NCBI GenBank assembly: GCA_034666125.1
Contig: JAXDML010000010.1
Coordinates: 1-50,259, forward strand
Direction of reading: 5' to 3'
DNA length: 50,259 nt
From: Candidatus Parcubacteria bacterium
Lineage (GTDB): Bacteria; Patescibacteriota; Minisyncoccia; Phycocordibacterales; Phycocordibacteraceae
Both the position numbers and the translations under genes were made by a program. The notes under the pieces are model-generated. The model saw only the letters and a program-made list of their open reading frames with translations. It did no database searches and was not told the DNA's origin. Numbering within the stretch: the stretch's first letter is position 1; the number at the start of each line of letters is the position of its first letter. Positions 18,812 to 28,703 of the stretch are shown here, piece by piece.

Positions 18812-20155
18812 ATGGACGCCGCGGCGCATTTCAAAGGCAAGAAGATAACCGTGATGGGACTGGGGCTTCTCGGGCGCGGGCTGGGGGATGTGCGGTATCT
18901 CGCCTCGCAGGGCGCGGACCTCATCGTCACCGATCTGAAGACGCGCGAACAGCTTGCATCTTCCCTCGCCGCGCTTGCGGCATTCCCGGACATCACGTTC
19001 GTGCTCGGCGAGCACCGACCCGAGGATTTCCGTGATCGCGATTTCATACTGAAGGCAGCGGGCGTACCACTCGACTCCCCGTACATCAATGAAGCCCGTG
19101 AGAACGGTATCCCTATAAAGATGAGCGCGTCGTGGTTCGCGGAGATCGCGCGCATACCGATCGTCGGCATCACGGGCACACGCGGGAAGTCGACGGTAAC
19201 GCACATGATCCAGTGGATCTTCGAGCACGCGAAGAAAAAGATACTGCTCGGCGGGAACGTACGCGGTGTCTCGACGCTCGCGCTTCTCGACCAAGTACAA
19301 GGGAACGAGGTCGCGATCATGGAACTCGACTCCTGGCAGCTCCAAGGCTTTGGGGAGGTCGGCATCAGCCCGGATATCGCCGTATTCACGAACCTTTTCC
19401 CCGACCACCTCAATTATTACAAGAACAGCATGGTCGCGTATCTGGACGATAAGGCGCAGATATTCGTGAACCAGAAAGAGGGGGACACGCTCGTGCTCGG
19501 TCGCCAGGTGGAGGAGATCGTACGCGAGCCGTACGGCGATCGCATCAAGGGGAACGTCGTCATTGCGGGAGAACAGGACTTGCCCGCGGATTGGAAGTTG
19601 AAGGTTCCGGGAGCGCATAACCGTTATAATGCGGCGCTCGCACGCGCGGCTGCGCATGCGGCGGGCATCGACGATAGCTCCATCCGCGAAGCGCTCGAAA
19701 CGTTCACCGGGGTTCCCGGCCGCCTCGAGCTCGTGCGCACGGTCGATGGCGTCGCCTACTATAACGACACCACGGCGACCACCCCCGAGGCGGCCATCGC
19801 CGCACTCACGGCTCTTAATGATTCCCTTGCTGCACCCGGTACAGGCGGCATCGTCCTCGTCACCGGCGGTGCCGACAAGGCGCTCGATATGAGCGCATAC
19901 GTCGAGACCGCGAAGCGGCTCGCGAAGCGCATCATCTTCCTTGCGGGTACGGGTACCGAACGCATACGCGGAGAGTTCCCGGACGCACCGATATTCAACG
20001 ATCTTGAGAGCGCGTTCGAAGATGCACGTGCGCATGCATCATCCGGAGACGCGGTCATACTGAGCCCGGCCTTCGCGTCCTTCGGGATGTTCCGTAACGA
20101 ATTCGATCGTGGGGACCAGTTCAATGCGCTCGTGGCGAGTCTTCCGGACGCATGA
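18812..20155 (+). CDS. murD: UDP-MurNAc-L-Ala--D-glutamate ligase
   Basis: GTRGKST, ELDSWQL, PDHLNYY, YNDTTAT, LSPAFASFGMFRNEFDRG. Confidence 0.95.
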   Translation: MDAAAHFKGKKITVMGLGLLGRGLGDVRYLASQGADLIVTDLKTREQLASSLAALAAFPDITFVLGEHRPEDFRDRDFILKAAGVPLDSPYINEARENGIPIKMSASWFAEIARIPIVGITGTRGKSTVTHMIQWIFEHAKKKILLGGNVRGVSTLALLDQVQGNEVAIMELDSWQLQGFGEVGISPDIAVFTNLFPDHLNYYKNSMVAYLDDKAQIFVNQKEGDTLVLGRQVEEIVREPYGDRIKGNVVIAGEQDLPADWKLKVPGAHNRYNAALARAAAHAAGIDDSSIREALETFTGVPGRLELVRTVDGVAYYNDTTATTPEAAIAALTALNDSLAAPGTGGIVLVTGGADKALDMSAYVETAKRLAKRIIFLAGTGTERIRGEFPDAPIFNDLESAFEDARAHASSGDAVILSPAFASFGMFRNEFDRGDQFNALVASLPDA

Positions 20156-20991
20156 AGAAGACCGCGGGAAAGGGCTCGATAGGGGTGTTCGACTCCGGGT
20201 TCGGCGGCATCGCCATACTGAAGGAAGTGCGAAAGGCGCTTCCCAATTACCGCTACATCTACCTGGGGGATACGGCGCGCACGCCGTACGGCACCCGCTC
20301 GATGGATGTCGTGCATGAGTTCACGCTTGAGGCGATAGATTTCCTTTTCGAGAAGGGCTGCGAGATCATCGTCGTCGCCTGCAATACCGCCTCCGCGGAG
20401 GCGCTGCGCAGGATACAGCGCGAGTATCTTCCGAGGCGCCACCCGGACCGTCGCGTACTCGGCGTCATCGTCCCGGTACTTGAGGAAGCGATCGACGTAT
20501 CCCGGAGCGGGCGTATCGGGGTGCTCGCGACCGAAGGCACGGTCCGTTCCGGGAAATTCCCGAAGGAGCTGCGCAAGATGCGCCGGGATATGGAGGTCTT
20601 CCAGCAGTCCGCACCGCTTCTCGTGCCACTGGTCGAGGAGGGCGAGCACCGCTCCCAGGCCGCGAGACTCATGCTCCGCACGTACCTCGCGCCCCTGAAG
20701 CGCCGTCGCATCGATACCCTCATCCTCGCCTGCACGCATTACGGGCACTTCGAGAAGATGATCGCACGGGAAATGGGCTCTCGAGTCAGCATCATATCGG
20801 AGGGGAAGGTCATCGCGTCGAAGCTCAAGGACTATCTGCGGCGGCACCCGGAGATCGACGCGAAGCTCGCGCATACGCAAGGTACGACCTTTTATACGAC
20901 CGACCTGACCGACAAGTTCAAGACGATCGGAGCGAGGCTCTTCGGTCGGCCGATAGCGCCCAGGAAAGCCGTCCTCAAGCACGTAGTCTAA
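20152..20991 (+). CDS. murI: Glutamate racemase
   Basis: GVFDSGFGG, PYGTRS, VACNTAS, ILACTHY. Confidence 0.96.
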   Translation: MKKTAGKGSIGVFDSGFGGIAILKEVRKALPNYRYIYLGDTARTPYGTRSMDVVHEFTLEAIDFLFEKGCEIIVVACNTASAEALRRIQREYLPRRHPDRRVLGVIVPVLEEAIDVSRSGRIGVLATEGTVRSGKFPKELRKMRRDMEVFQQSAPLLVPLVEEGEHRSQAARLMLRTYLAPLKRRRIDTLILACTHYGHFEKMIAREMGSRVSIISEGKVIASKLKDYLRRHPEIDAKLAHTQGTTFYTTDLTDKFKTIGARLFGRPIAPRKAVLKHVV

Positions 20992-21012
20992 GGGTGCGGT
21001 ATGGTATCGAGT

Positions 21013-22308
21013 ATGGAACCCGCGACGAAAGTGCACTTTGTAGGTATCGCCGGCGTCGGCATGTCCGCGCTCGCGCAGCTGTTGCATCATGACGGCTACG
21101 ACGTGTCGGGCTCGGATAACGCCTGGTTCCCGACCCTGCGGGCGGTCGAGAAGCTCGGCATCACGGTCCCTATAGGTTACGACGCGAAGCACGTTCCGGA
21201 AGACGCCCAGTACGTCGTCTACACGGATGCCGCACCGAAGGACAATCCCGAACGCATGCGGGCGGAGGAGCTCGGCATCGCGCAGCTCTCCCTTTTCGAG
21301 ATGCTCGGGCGTATCTCGGGCAGCAAAACAACGATTGCGGTTTCGGGTACGAACGGCAAGACCACCACGACTGGCATGCTCGCACGAATACTTCGGGACG
21401 CGGGAGCGTCACCTTCGGCATTCGTAGGATCCATTGTTACGGATTTCGAAAGCAATTATCTTGCCGGGGATTCGGACCTATTCATCGTGGAGGCATGCGA
21501 ATACAACCGGCACTTCCTCAACCTCACGCCCCATATACTCGTCGTGAACAATCTCGAATTCGACCACACCGATTACTTCGCGGATCTCGCGGACGTGCAG
21601 AAGGCTTTCCGCGCGCTCATGGAGAAAGTGCCCGAGTCGGGTGCCATCATCACCGATACGGAGAATCCGAACATCATCCCGCTCCTTGAAGGCCTTGCCG
21701 CGCCTGTCGTCCACTATCCGTCAGAACCCGCCTATATGCTCCGCATGCCCGGCGAGTTCAACCAGATGAACGCGCGGGCGGCTTCGGCTGCGGCGAAAGC
21801 AGTCCTGCCGGAGCTTACCGATGCGAAGATCGCACATTCCCTCGCCGAATTCCGGGGCGCGTGGCGCAGGTTCGACTACAAGGGCAAGACCGCGCGCGGG
21901 GTCGATGTCTATGACGACTACGCGCACCACCCGACCGCAGTCAAGGAAACGCTGCGTGCGCTGCGCGCCAAGACCAAAGGGCGCGTCATCGTCGCCTTTC
22001 ATCCACACCTCTACAGCCGCACACGTGACCTGCTCGACGGCTTCGCGCGTTCGTTCGGGGACGCCGACCGTGTTCTTATCGCGCCCATATACGCCGCACG
22101 CGAAACGGATGACGGCTCGGTCTCGTCCGAGCTGCTCGCAAGCCGCATACGCGACGAAGGAGACAGCGCGGAAGCCGTGAGCTCGCTTGAGCAGCTGGAG
22201 ACGCTCCTGCGCGCCGAAGGCGAACCTGGCGACGTCATCATGACGATGGGGGCAGGGGATGTCTTTAAAGTTGCGGATGCGATCGTGGAGGATGGTTCAA
22301 ATAAGTAG
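21013..22308 (+). CDS. murC: UDP-MurNAc--L-alanine ligase
   Basis: HFVGIAGVGMS, GTNGKTTT, EACEY, DDYAHHPT, HPHLYSRT, TMGAGD; ATG 21013 preferred (alternative 21001). Confidence 0.95.
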   Translation: MEPATKVHFVGIAGVGMSALAQLLHHDGYDVSGSDNAWFPTLRAVEKLGITVPIGYDAKHVPEDAQYVVYTDAAPKDNPERMRAEELGIAQLSLFEMLGRISGSKTTIAVSGTNGKTTTTGMLARILRDAGASPSAFVGSIVTDFESNYLAGDSDLFIVEACEYNRHFLNLTPHILVVNNLEFDHTDYFADLADVQKAFRALMEKVPESGAIITDTENPNIIPLLEGLAAPVVHYPSEPAYMLRMPGEFNQMNARAASAAAKAVLPELTDAKIAHSLAEFRGAWRRFDYKGKTARGVDVYDDYAHHPTAVKETLRALRAKTKGRVIVAFHPHLYSRTRDLLDGFARSFGDADRVLIAPIYAARETDDGSVSSELLASRIRDEGDSAEAVSSLEQLETLLRAEGEPGDVIMTMGAGDVFKVADAIVEDGSNK

Positions 22309-22318
22309 GAATGGAAGT

Positions 22319-22729
22319 ATGTACCTAGTAAAGATAGAAGCGCGTGAGTCAGATATTGACGGTAAAGGAGTTTTTGCGCTTGAGAACATAAGACAGGGAA
22401 CCGTAGTCTGGAAGTTTGACCCCACACACGACGAAACTCTCTCGAAAGGAGAATTCGAAGCAGCGAGCGAAGCAACCAAGGAAGAGTTACGCCATGTAGC
22501 TTATCTCTCCAAGAGCACAGGACGTCTGATCTACCCTCCTAAAGACGACCCTGCTCGATACACTAATCACAGCAAGGAAAATAATTTATCCGTACTGCTA
22601 GACGACTCTATATCGGAAGAACCAATATTCGTGGCCAATCGCGATATTCTCGTCGGGGAGGAACTTACTAATGACTACACTGAATTTGATGATCTGGCTC
22701 AGACTCTGGAGGAAGACTGGCTTAAGTAG
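22319..22729 (+). CDS. SET domain protein (putative lysine methyltransferase)
   Basis: GKGVFA, RYTNHS, RDILVGEELTNDY. Confidence 0.88.
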   Translation: MYLVKIEARESDIDGKGVFALENIRQGTVVWKFDPTHDETLSKGEFEAASEATKEELRHVAYLSKSTGRLIYPPKDDPARYTNHSKENNLSVLLDDSISEEPIFVANRDILVGEELTNDYTEFDDLAQTLEEDWLK

Positions 22730-22753
22730 ATTCCGATATCTGCAAACGTCCAG

Positions 22754-23287
22754 TTATTTTCCCTTAGATATTATTTGAACTACCTGTTCTGCAACTTCAT
22801 CGGGACTTAGCGAGGACGTATCTATGATCGGGCATCCTGCAGCAGAACATTCTTCCCGCATCTTCTCGGCGTACCAAACGTTGCTGGCAATAAACTCCAT
22901 AACCGGCTTTCCGATTACTTTCCGGTTCTCATCGAAGACGCCGTCTTTCGTATAACGTCCAGTAAGCCGCGTACGAATCGTCTCTGCATCGGCGTAGAGA
23001 AGGATTACTCGTGCCTCGGGAAGATTAGTGTCAGCAATTTGCTCAAAGTCTTCAGGTTTAACAAAGCCGCAAACAATACTGTCTTTACCATCTGCTTTTG
23101 CGGCTTCTTCTAACCACAACCTAACCTCGTTTAGTCTCCAGGCATGATCAGCGCCATCAGGAACACCTCGAGCATCGAAGTCATGCACCGCATACTTGTC
23201 TGCCGGTAGTAGCGTCTTAAGGTGAGGAATGAGCGTAGACTTACCGACACCATTTACGCCGCTCACAAAATAAACTCTCTGGCTCAT
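22754..23287 (-). CDS. P-loop kinase/AAA-like protein
   Basis: SGVNGVGKST Walker A; IDTSSLSPDEVA C-terminus of nucleotide kinase folds. Confidence 0.75.
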   Translation of the reverse strand: MSQRVYFVSGVNGVGKSTLIPHLKTLLPADKYAVHDFDARGVPDGADHAWRLNEVRLWLEEAAKADGKDSIVCGFVKPEDFEQIADTNLPEARVILLYADAETIRTRLTGRYTKDGVFDENRKVIGKPVMEFIASNVWYAEKMREECSAAGCPIIDTSSLSPDEVAEQVVQIISKGK

Positions 23288-23361
23288 CTGGGAAGTATAA
23301 CAATCAGCGCAGTCCTGACAGCAGACTCGTCATCGGCCCCCCGGTTTGCTAAAGTCAACCG

Positions 23362-24048
23362 ATGCAGGGAACCCTCTCCGTCGTCGCCACGCCCATCGGG
23401 AACCTGGGGGACGTCACGCTCCGGGCGCTTGAGACATTGCGGCAGGCGGACGCTATCGCCGCCGAGGACACGCGCGTGACCAGCAAGCTCCTCGCGCGCT
23501 ACGACATCAAGAAGCCGCTCCTGGTATATCACGCGCAGAGCGGCCGTCTCGCCGCGACCCGCATCCTCGCGCTGTTGGGGGAAGGGAAGCATGTCGCGCT
23601 CGTGACGGACGCGGGGACTCCGGGCGTCTCGGATCCCGGAAGCGAGCTCGTTTCAGCCGTGCGCGAGCGGCTCGGGGACGACGTGCGCATAGACACCATC
23701 CCGGGACCGTCGGCGCTCACGGCGGCGCTCTCGATCGCCGGCGTGCCGGTACATGAGTTCACGTTCCTCGGCTTTCTCCCGCACAAGAAAGGGCGGCAGA
23801 CCATCATGAGGGAAATTGCAGCTGCCGAGCGCGCGTACGTGTTCTATGAATCCCCGCATCGCATCGAGAAGGCCCTTGCCGAGCTTGCGGCAGCCCTTCC
23901 TCCTGAGCGCCGCGTCGTGGTGCTGCGCGAACTTACGAAACTCTACGAGTCGGTCAAAAGCGGCACGGCCGAGGAGCTCGCGGCTCATTTCAAGACTAAT
24001 CCCAAGGAAGTCCGGGGCGAATTCGTGGTCATCGTCGCTTCGGAGTAG
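23362..24048 (+). CDS. rsmI: 16S rRNA C1402 2'-O-methyltransferase
   Basis: VATPIGNLGD, AEDTR, DAGTPGVSDPG, FYESPHR, RELTKLYE. Confidence 0.96.
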   Translation: MQGTLSVVATPIGNLGDVTLRALETLRQADAIAAEDTRVTSKLLARYDIKKPLLVYHAQSGRLAATRILALLGEGKHVALVTDAGTPGVSDPGSELVSAVRERLGDDVRIDTIPGPSALTAALSIAGVPVHEFTFLGFLPHKKGRQTIMREIAAAERAYVFYESPHRIEKALAELAAALPPERRVVVLRELTKLYESVKSGTAEELAAHFKTNPKEVRGEFVVIVASE

Positions 24049-24051
24049 CGA

Positions 24052-24924
24052 TCACCTGATCTCTACCGTTTCGTAGCCTCGCTCGGCAAGATACTCGTCG
24101 GTGACAGGATAGACGACGGGCGCGAAACTTACGCCTACGGGCTCTTCGCGCGTGAGCGACCCGTTCACGAGCGTTTGCCGGTAGATCTCGTTGTATCGGT
24201 AGTAGCGGCCGTTCTTGTATGCGAAACAGTGGTTACGCTCGAGTACGTGGAATTTCTGAAGCGCAGGGCGGGTAGAGCGCAGCTGCCCTTTGAGGCACGT
24301 TTCGGTAAGCCAAAGCTTGAGTTGCAACGGATACGGGGAGATATTCCGCATCCTTAGATCAAGGTAATTGCTGAACACGGTCGCGCCGCTTCCGAAAGGA
24401 AGCGTGCGCTTCGAGTCCGGGAAGGCGTCGACCGAGTGATGATGCCGTTCGAGGACTTCCATATTTGCGTGGAGGAATATCCAGAAGAGGAAATTGGATA
24501 GCTGGCAAAGCCCTCCCCCGAGGCCTTCGGAAACCTGGCCGTTCGAGAGCAGCATGCCGTCGACGTACCCTTTCTTCCGGGTGACCGGTCCGAGGACATG
24601 CCAGAAGGAGAATACCTGGCCGGGAGGGATCACTATGCCGTCCAGCGCCTGGAGAGCCATGTTCAGGTTCACGACCTTATTCACCTGGAGTCGCATGTCG
24701 CTGTCCCCGAGCCTTCGGAACAGCGGCGAGGAGTGACGGGCGACAACCGAAGGAAGGGGTTGCCCCTTATGAAGCTTCTTCAGAGACAGGGAATTCTTGA
24801 AGGTACGCCTCGTTCTGCGTACGAGCACGGCCCCGCCGACCAGCCAGGGGAAGCGTCGCGAGAGCGCCACGCGTTTGGGGCGTTCGTATTCCATGACCCG
24901 GGAGGAAAGGCGCTCTGCCATCAT
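24052..24924 (-). CDS. VanW family protein
   Basis: PGQVFSFW, GGGLCQLS, ERHHHS, GSGATV, YLDLR; start at ATG 24924. Confidence 0.88.
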   Translation of the reverse strand: MMAERLSSRVMEYERPKRVALSRRFPWLVGGAVLVRRTRRTFKNSLSLKKLHKGQPLPSVVARHSSPLFRRLGDSDMRLQVNKVVNLNMALQALDGIVIPPGQVFSFWHVLGPVTRKKGYVDGMLLSNGQVSEGLGGGLCQLSNFLFWIFLHANMEVLERHHHSVDAFPDSKRTLPFGSGATVFSNYLDLRMRNISPYPLQLKLWLTETCLKGQLRSTRPALQKFHVLERNHCFAYKNGRYYRYNEIYRQTLVNGSLTREEPVGVSFAPVVYPVTDEYLAERGYETVEIR

Positions 24925-24976
24925 GGTCCCTATAGTACCGTGCCACGGCATCGACGAAATATCGTATACTGGAGGC

Positions 24977-25189
24977 ATGAACCGTGAAAACGTCCTCATC
25001 GTGCTCGGCGTACTCATCGGCATCTCGCCGTACCTCGGCGTCCCGCTTTCCATGCTCGGCATCGTTCTGCCCGTCCTCGGCCTCCTGGTGATCGCCATCG
25101 GCCTGATGCTCCGTCGCACGAATCAGCTTTCGCTCCGTCACGCCACGTCGGAACATACGCTTCCTATCCATGAGTCCCCGGAAGCGTAA
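24977..25189 (+). CDS. Small two-TM hypothetical protein (70 aa)
   Basis: MNRENVLIVLGVLIGISPYLGVP...; TATACT 6 nt upstream. Confidence 0.7.
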   Translation: MNRENVLIVLGVLIGISPYLGVPLSMLGIVLPVLGLLVIAIGLMLRRTNQLSLRHATSEHTLPIHESPEA

Positions 25190-26258
25190 GCGCACAGGAC
25201 TGACGCGTTATTGGTCGCTCGGCTTTTTCGCGCTCGTAATGCTCGTCGGCTTCGTCGTCCTGCCGTCCATGGCCGCGACGCGCTTCTCGCGCGACGAGCC
25301 GAAGAAGGAGACCGACAAGAAGGAGGAGCAGATCAGTAAACTCGACACGGCCGACTACGACCGGCGGATGATCGCGCTCGCGAACTATCCGCCGGCAGCC
25401 ACTTCGACGGCTTCTACAAGTGCTCCTCAGCCGCGCCGCCCATGGCCTCCCGCAGGCCCGTACCCGAAGGCCGGCGCCATACTCCCGTTCAAACGCGTCG
25501 TCGCGTACTACGGCAACTTCTATTCGACCAAGATGGGCATCCTCGGCGAGTACGACGAAGCTGTCGTCATCGAACGCCTGAAAGCCGAGGTCGCGAAGTG
25601 GAATGCCGCCGACCCGACCACGCCTGTCATTCCCGCGATCGACTATATCGCCATGACCGCGCAGGAAAGCCCGGGCGCGGACGGCTATTACCGTTTCCGC
25701 ATGCCTGAGGAGCATGTGAACCGCGCGATTGCGATGGCGAACAAGGTGAACGGCATCGCGGTGCTCGAAGTGCAGGCAGGACTGGCGCCGCTCCAGGCCG
25801 AAGTGGAATCGTTCGAAAAGTACCTGATACAGCCGAACGTGCATCTCGCCATCGACCCGGAGTTCAATATGAAAGGAGGAGAGAAGCCGGGCACGGTCAT
25901 CGGCACCGTCTCGGCGGGGGACATCAATCGCGCATCGGCGTACCTAGCGCGTCTCGTGCAGGAGCACGACCTCCCGCCGAAGCTCCTCGTCGTGCACCGC
26001 TTCACGCAGCGCATGGTCACCGGATACGAATCGATAGAGAAGCGTCCCGAGGTCCAGGTCGTGATGGTGATGGACGGGTGGGGACCTCCGGCGAAGAAGA
26101 TCAACACGTACCGGGGCTTCATCGCTCCCGAGCCCGTGCAGTTCACCGGCTTTAAGATCTTTTATAAGAACGACCTGAAGCCGCCGAGCGACCGACTGCT
26201 TACGCCCGGCGACCTCCTTAAGCTCACGCCGCGCCCGAGCTACATCCAGTATCAATAA
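25170..26258 (+). CDS. Membrane-anchored extracytoplasmic hypothetical protein, possibly a glycoside-hydrolase-like fold
   Basis: N-terminal TM segment, low-complexity linker, then a globular domain with VVAYYG, HLAIDPEF, VHRFT, MDGWG, GFKIFY; function not assignable. Confidence 0.65.
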   Translation: MSPRKRKRTGLTRYWSLGFFALVMLVGFVVLPSMAATRFSRDEPKKETDKKEEQISKLDTADYDRRMIALANYPPAATSTASTSAPQPRRPWPPAGPYPKAGAILPFKRVVAYYGNFYSTKMGILGEYDEAVVIERLKAEVAKWNAADPTTPVIPAIDYIAMTAQESPGADGYYRFRMPEEHVNRAIAMANKVNGIAVLEVQAGLAPLQAEVESFEKYLIQPNVHLAIDPEFNMKGGEKPGTVIGTVSAGDINRASAYLARLVQEHDLPPKLLVVHRFTQRMVTGYESIEKRPEVQVVMVMDGWGPPAKKINTYRGFIAPEPVQFTGFKIFYKNDLKPPSDRLLTPGDLLKLTPRPSYIQYQ

Positions 26259-26264
26259 GATGCC

Positions 26265-26726
26265 ATGAGTACCTTGAGGCCGCATAGCGAGTACGGAGAA
26301 GCTCTCAAAGCCTTGAAAGGACAGTGCGCTTTCTGCCTGCCTCAAGAACCGTTCGTTATCAAGGACTACCTTCACTGGTCTTGGATATTCAATAAATATC
26401 CCTATTGGAAATACAATACGATGCTGATCCTGAAGCGACATATCACCAGTTTCTCAGAACTCTCGAATCAAGAACTGCAGGAGCTTAGATATGCCGAAGG
26501 GGATATCGAGGCAAGATATATACGTTCAGGAATCGTAGGACCTGAGTCGTCATTCGGGACCGAGCTTCTTATGTTTTGGCGCAGACGAGTCGATAGTCCT
26601 ATCAAGAAATCAGTCGAGCATTTGCATCTCCACATAGCCCCTGAATTTGAAGGCGCGTGGTCAAGCATCCTTCACCAGGATGCTTGGGATATTGATATGA
26701 ATCTCCTGAAAGAAGACGCGGTATAA
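26265..26726 (+). CDS. HIT family hydrolase
   Basis: CAFC, NKYPY, SVEHLHLHI histidine triad. Confidence 0.8.
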   Translation: MSTLRPHSEYGEALKALKGQCAFCLPQEPFVIKDYLHWSWIFNKYPYWKYNTMLILKRHITSFSELSNQELQELRYAEGDIEARYIRSGIVGPESSFGTELLMFWRRRVDSPIKKSVEHLHLHIAPEFEGAWSSILHQDAWDIDMNLLKEDAV

Positions 26727-26733
26727 TTTCCGT

Positions 26734-28551
26734 ATGGACAATCCGGACCGCGTGACCTATTTCGCCGCGACCGACAGTCGCGGGCAGCGTACGCCCTTCG
26801 GGCTCAAGGCCAGGGACCGCAACAAGCACATGTACGTCATCGGGAAGACGGGCATGGGGAAGTCGACCCTGCTCGAGAATATGGCCATCCAGGATATGCG
26901 GAACGGCGAGGGTCTCGCCTTCATCGACCCGCACGGCGAGACGGCCGACCGGCTTCTCGAATACGTGCCGCCGGAGCGCATCAACGATGTCGTGTATTTC
27001 GCGCCGTTCGACCTCGATCGCCCGATCGCCTTCAACGTCATGGAGGACGTCGGATACGACAAACGCCACCTCGTCGTGTCCGGACTCATGGCGACCTTCA
27101 AGAAGATCTGGGTCGACGCCTGGTCTGCCCGCATGGAGTACATCCTCACGAATACGCTCCTCGCGCTCCTCGAGTATCCGGATGCGACCCTGCTCGGCGT
27201 CAACCGCATGTACACCGATAAGGCATACCGGAAGAAGGTCGTGGACAACGTGAAGGACCCGGTCGTGAAGGACTTCTGGGTGAATGAATTCGCGCAGTAC
27301 ACCGACCGTTTCACGCAGGAGGCGACCCCGGCCATCCAGAACAAGGTCGGCCAGTTCACGAGCAACCCGCTCATCCGCAACATAATCGGCCAGCCGAAGT
27401 CCTCGTTCGATATGCGGGACCTGATGGACAAGAAGAAGATATTCATCGTCAACCTCTCGAAAGGGCAGGTCGGGGATACGAACGCGCAGCTTCTCGGGTC
27501 GATGATCACGACGCGCATCTTCCTCGGCGCGATGAGCCGCGCCGACCTTTCAGGTCCGGACCTCGCGCGGCTCCCGAACTTCTACTTCTATGTCGACGAG
27601 TTCCAGAACTTCGCGAACCAGACCTTTGCGGAGATCTTGTCCGAGGCCCGCAAATACAAGCTCAATCTCGTCATCGCGCACCAGTACGTCGAGCAGATGG
27701 AAGAGGAGGTCCGCGACGCGGTCTTCGGCAACGTCGGCACGACCGTCTGCTTCCGGGTGGGTCCGTTCGATGCCGAGACTCTGGAAACGATATTCCTGCC
27801 GAAATTCACGAAGGAGGACCTGGTCGGTCTCGGCTTCGCGCAGATATACCTGACCCTCATGATCGACGGTGTCGGCTCGCCGCCGTTCTCCGCGCTGACC
27901 CTGCCGCATATCGAAGCGCCGCCGCAGACCTATAAGAAAGAGGTGATAGAGGCATCGCGCACGAATTTCGGTACCGAGCGCGCCTTGATCGAGAACGCCA
28001 TAAACAGCGAGCTCGCGGCGACCGCAGGCGCGCCTCCCGCGCCTCCCGCGAAGAAGACATATGCGAAACCGGGCCAGAAGCAGACACCGGACGCGCCCCG
28101 CGCAGAAGAGCAGCGCCCGCGCCCGCCTCGCCCACCCGAACGCCGTGATCAGGCAGCCGTGCCGCAACGCGACGACCGCCCGCGACCGCCCGTAGCTCGC
28201 CCTGCGCCTCCGTCGGAGGGGAAGTCGGCGGAGGACCTGAAGGCGATCCTGCGCAGCATGACGAATAAGGCCGATACCGAACGGAAGACGCAGGAAACGT
28301 CGAAGGCCCAGCCGCTCAAAGGGGCGCTTGCGGATGTGCTTGCAAAGAGCGCGTCCCCGGCATCGGAACGGCAGGCTCCGCCTGCCTCTCAGGGCCGGTC
28401 CCAGGCTCCTGCGGCGCGCGATCAGAAGCCGGCCCAAACTCCGCAGCCCCGTCGCATGCCTCATGACTCTCGATCCCGCGAACCGGCTCCCGGTACCCCC
28501 TTTGAAGTGCCTGAAGAAGCCCTCCGTGCCATTTTCCGGGAACCGAAGTAA
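26734..28551 (+). CDS. VirD4/TraD/HerA-like ATPase (type IV coupling-protein-like) with disordered C-terminal tail
   Basis: HMYVIGKTGMGKST, IDPHG, YVDEFQNF, LSEARKY, AHQY, FGNVGT. Confidence 0.85.
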   Translation: MDNPDRVTYFAATDSRGQRTPFGLKARDRNKHMYVIGKTGMGKSTLLENMAIQDMRNGEGLAFIDPHGETADRLLEYVPPERINDVVYFAPFDLDRPIAFNVMEDVGYDKRHLVVSGLMATFKKIWVDAWSARMEYILTNTLLALLEYPDATLLGVNRMYTDKAYRKKVVDNVKDPVVKDFWVNEFAQYTDRFTQEATPAIQNKVGQFTSNPLIRNIIGQPKSSFDMRDLMDKKKIFIVNLSKGQVGDTNAQLLGSMITTRIFLGAMSRADLSGPDLARLPNFYFYVDEFQNFANQTFAEILSEARKYKLNLVIAHQYVEQMEEEVRDAVFGNVGTTVCFRVGPFDAETLETIFLPKFTKEDLVGLGFAQIYLTLMIDGVGSPPFSALTLPHIEAPPQTYKKEVIEASRTNFGTERALIENAINSELAATAGAPPAPPAKKTYAKPGQKQTPDAPRAEEQRPRPPRPPERRDQAAVPQRDDRPRPPVARPAPPSEGKSAEDLKAILRSMTNKADTERKTQETSKAQPLKGALADVLAKSASPASERQAPPASQGRSQAPAARDQKPAQTPQPRRMPHDSRSREPAPGTPFEVPEEALRAIFREPK

Positions 28552-28703
28552 CCTTGTGCGCGTGAGCCGGGTAGTACTGGCTGTACGGACCTGTTCGTAC
28601 TGAACGGTATGAGAAACGCATAACTGCCCCGGGAGGGCGGCCATCACTGGCCCGCCCTCCCGGGGCCCGTTCACATACTCCCGACACGTGCTACCTTTTG
28701 CTT

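Noticed and set aside
24052-24924. vanW as evidence of vancomycin resistance
   Set aside because: No vanHAX/vanRS genes; VanW domains are widespread outside resistance clusters
24971-24975. GGAGG as a Shine-Dalgarno site
   Set aside because: Only 1 nt from the ATG and located between the -10 box and the likely transcription start
18229-26726. tRNA-anchored genomic island or conjugative element
   Set aside because: No integrase, relaxase or duplicated tRNA 3' end seen; downstream genes include core mur genes and rsmI
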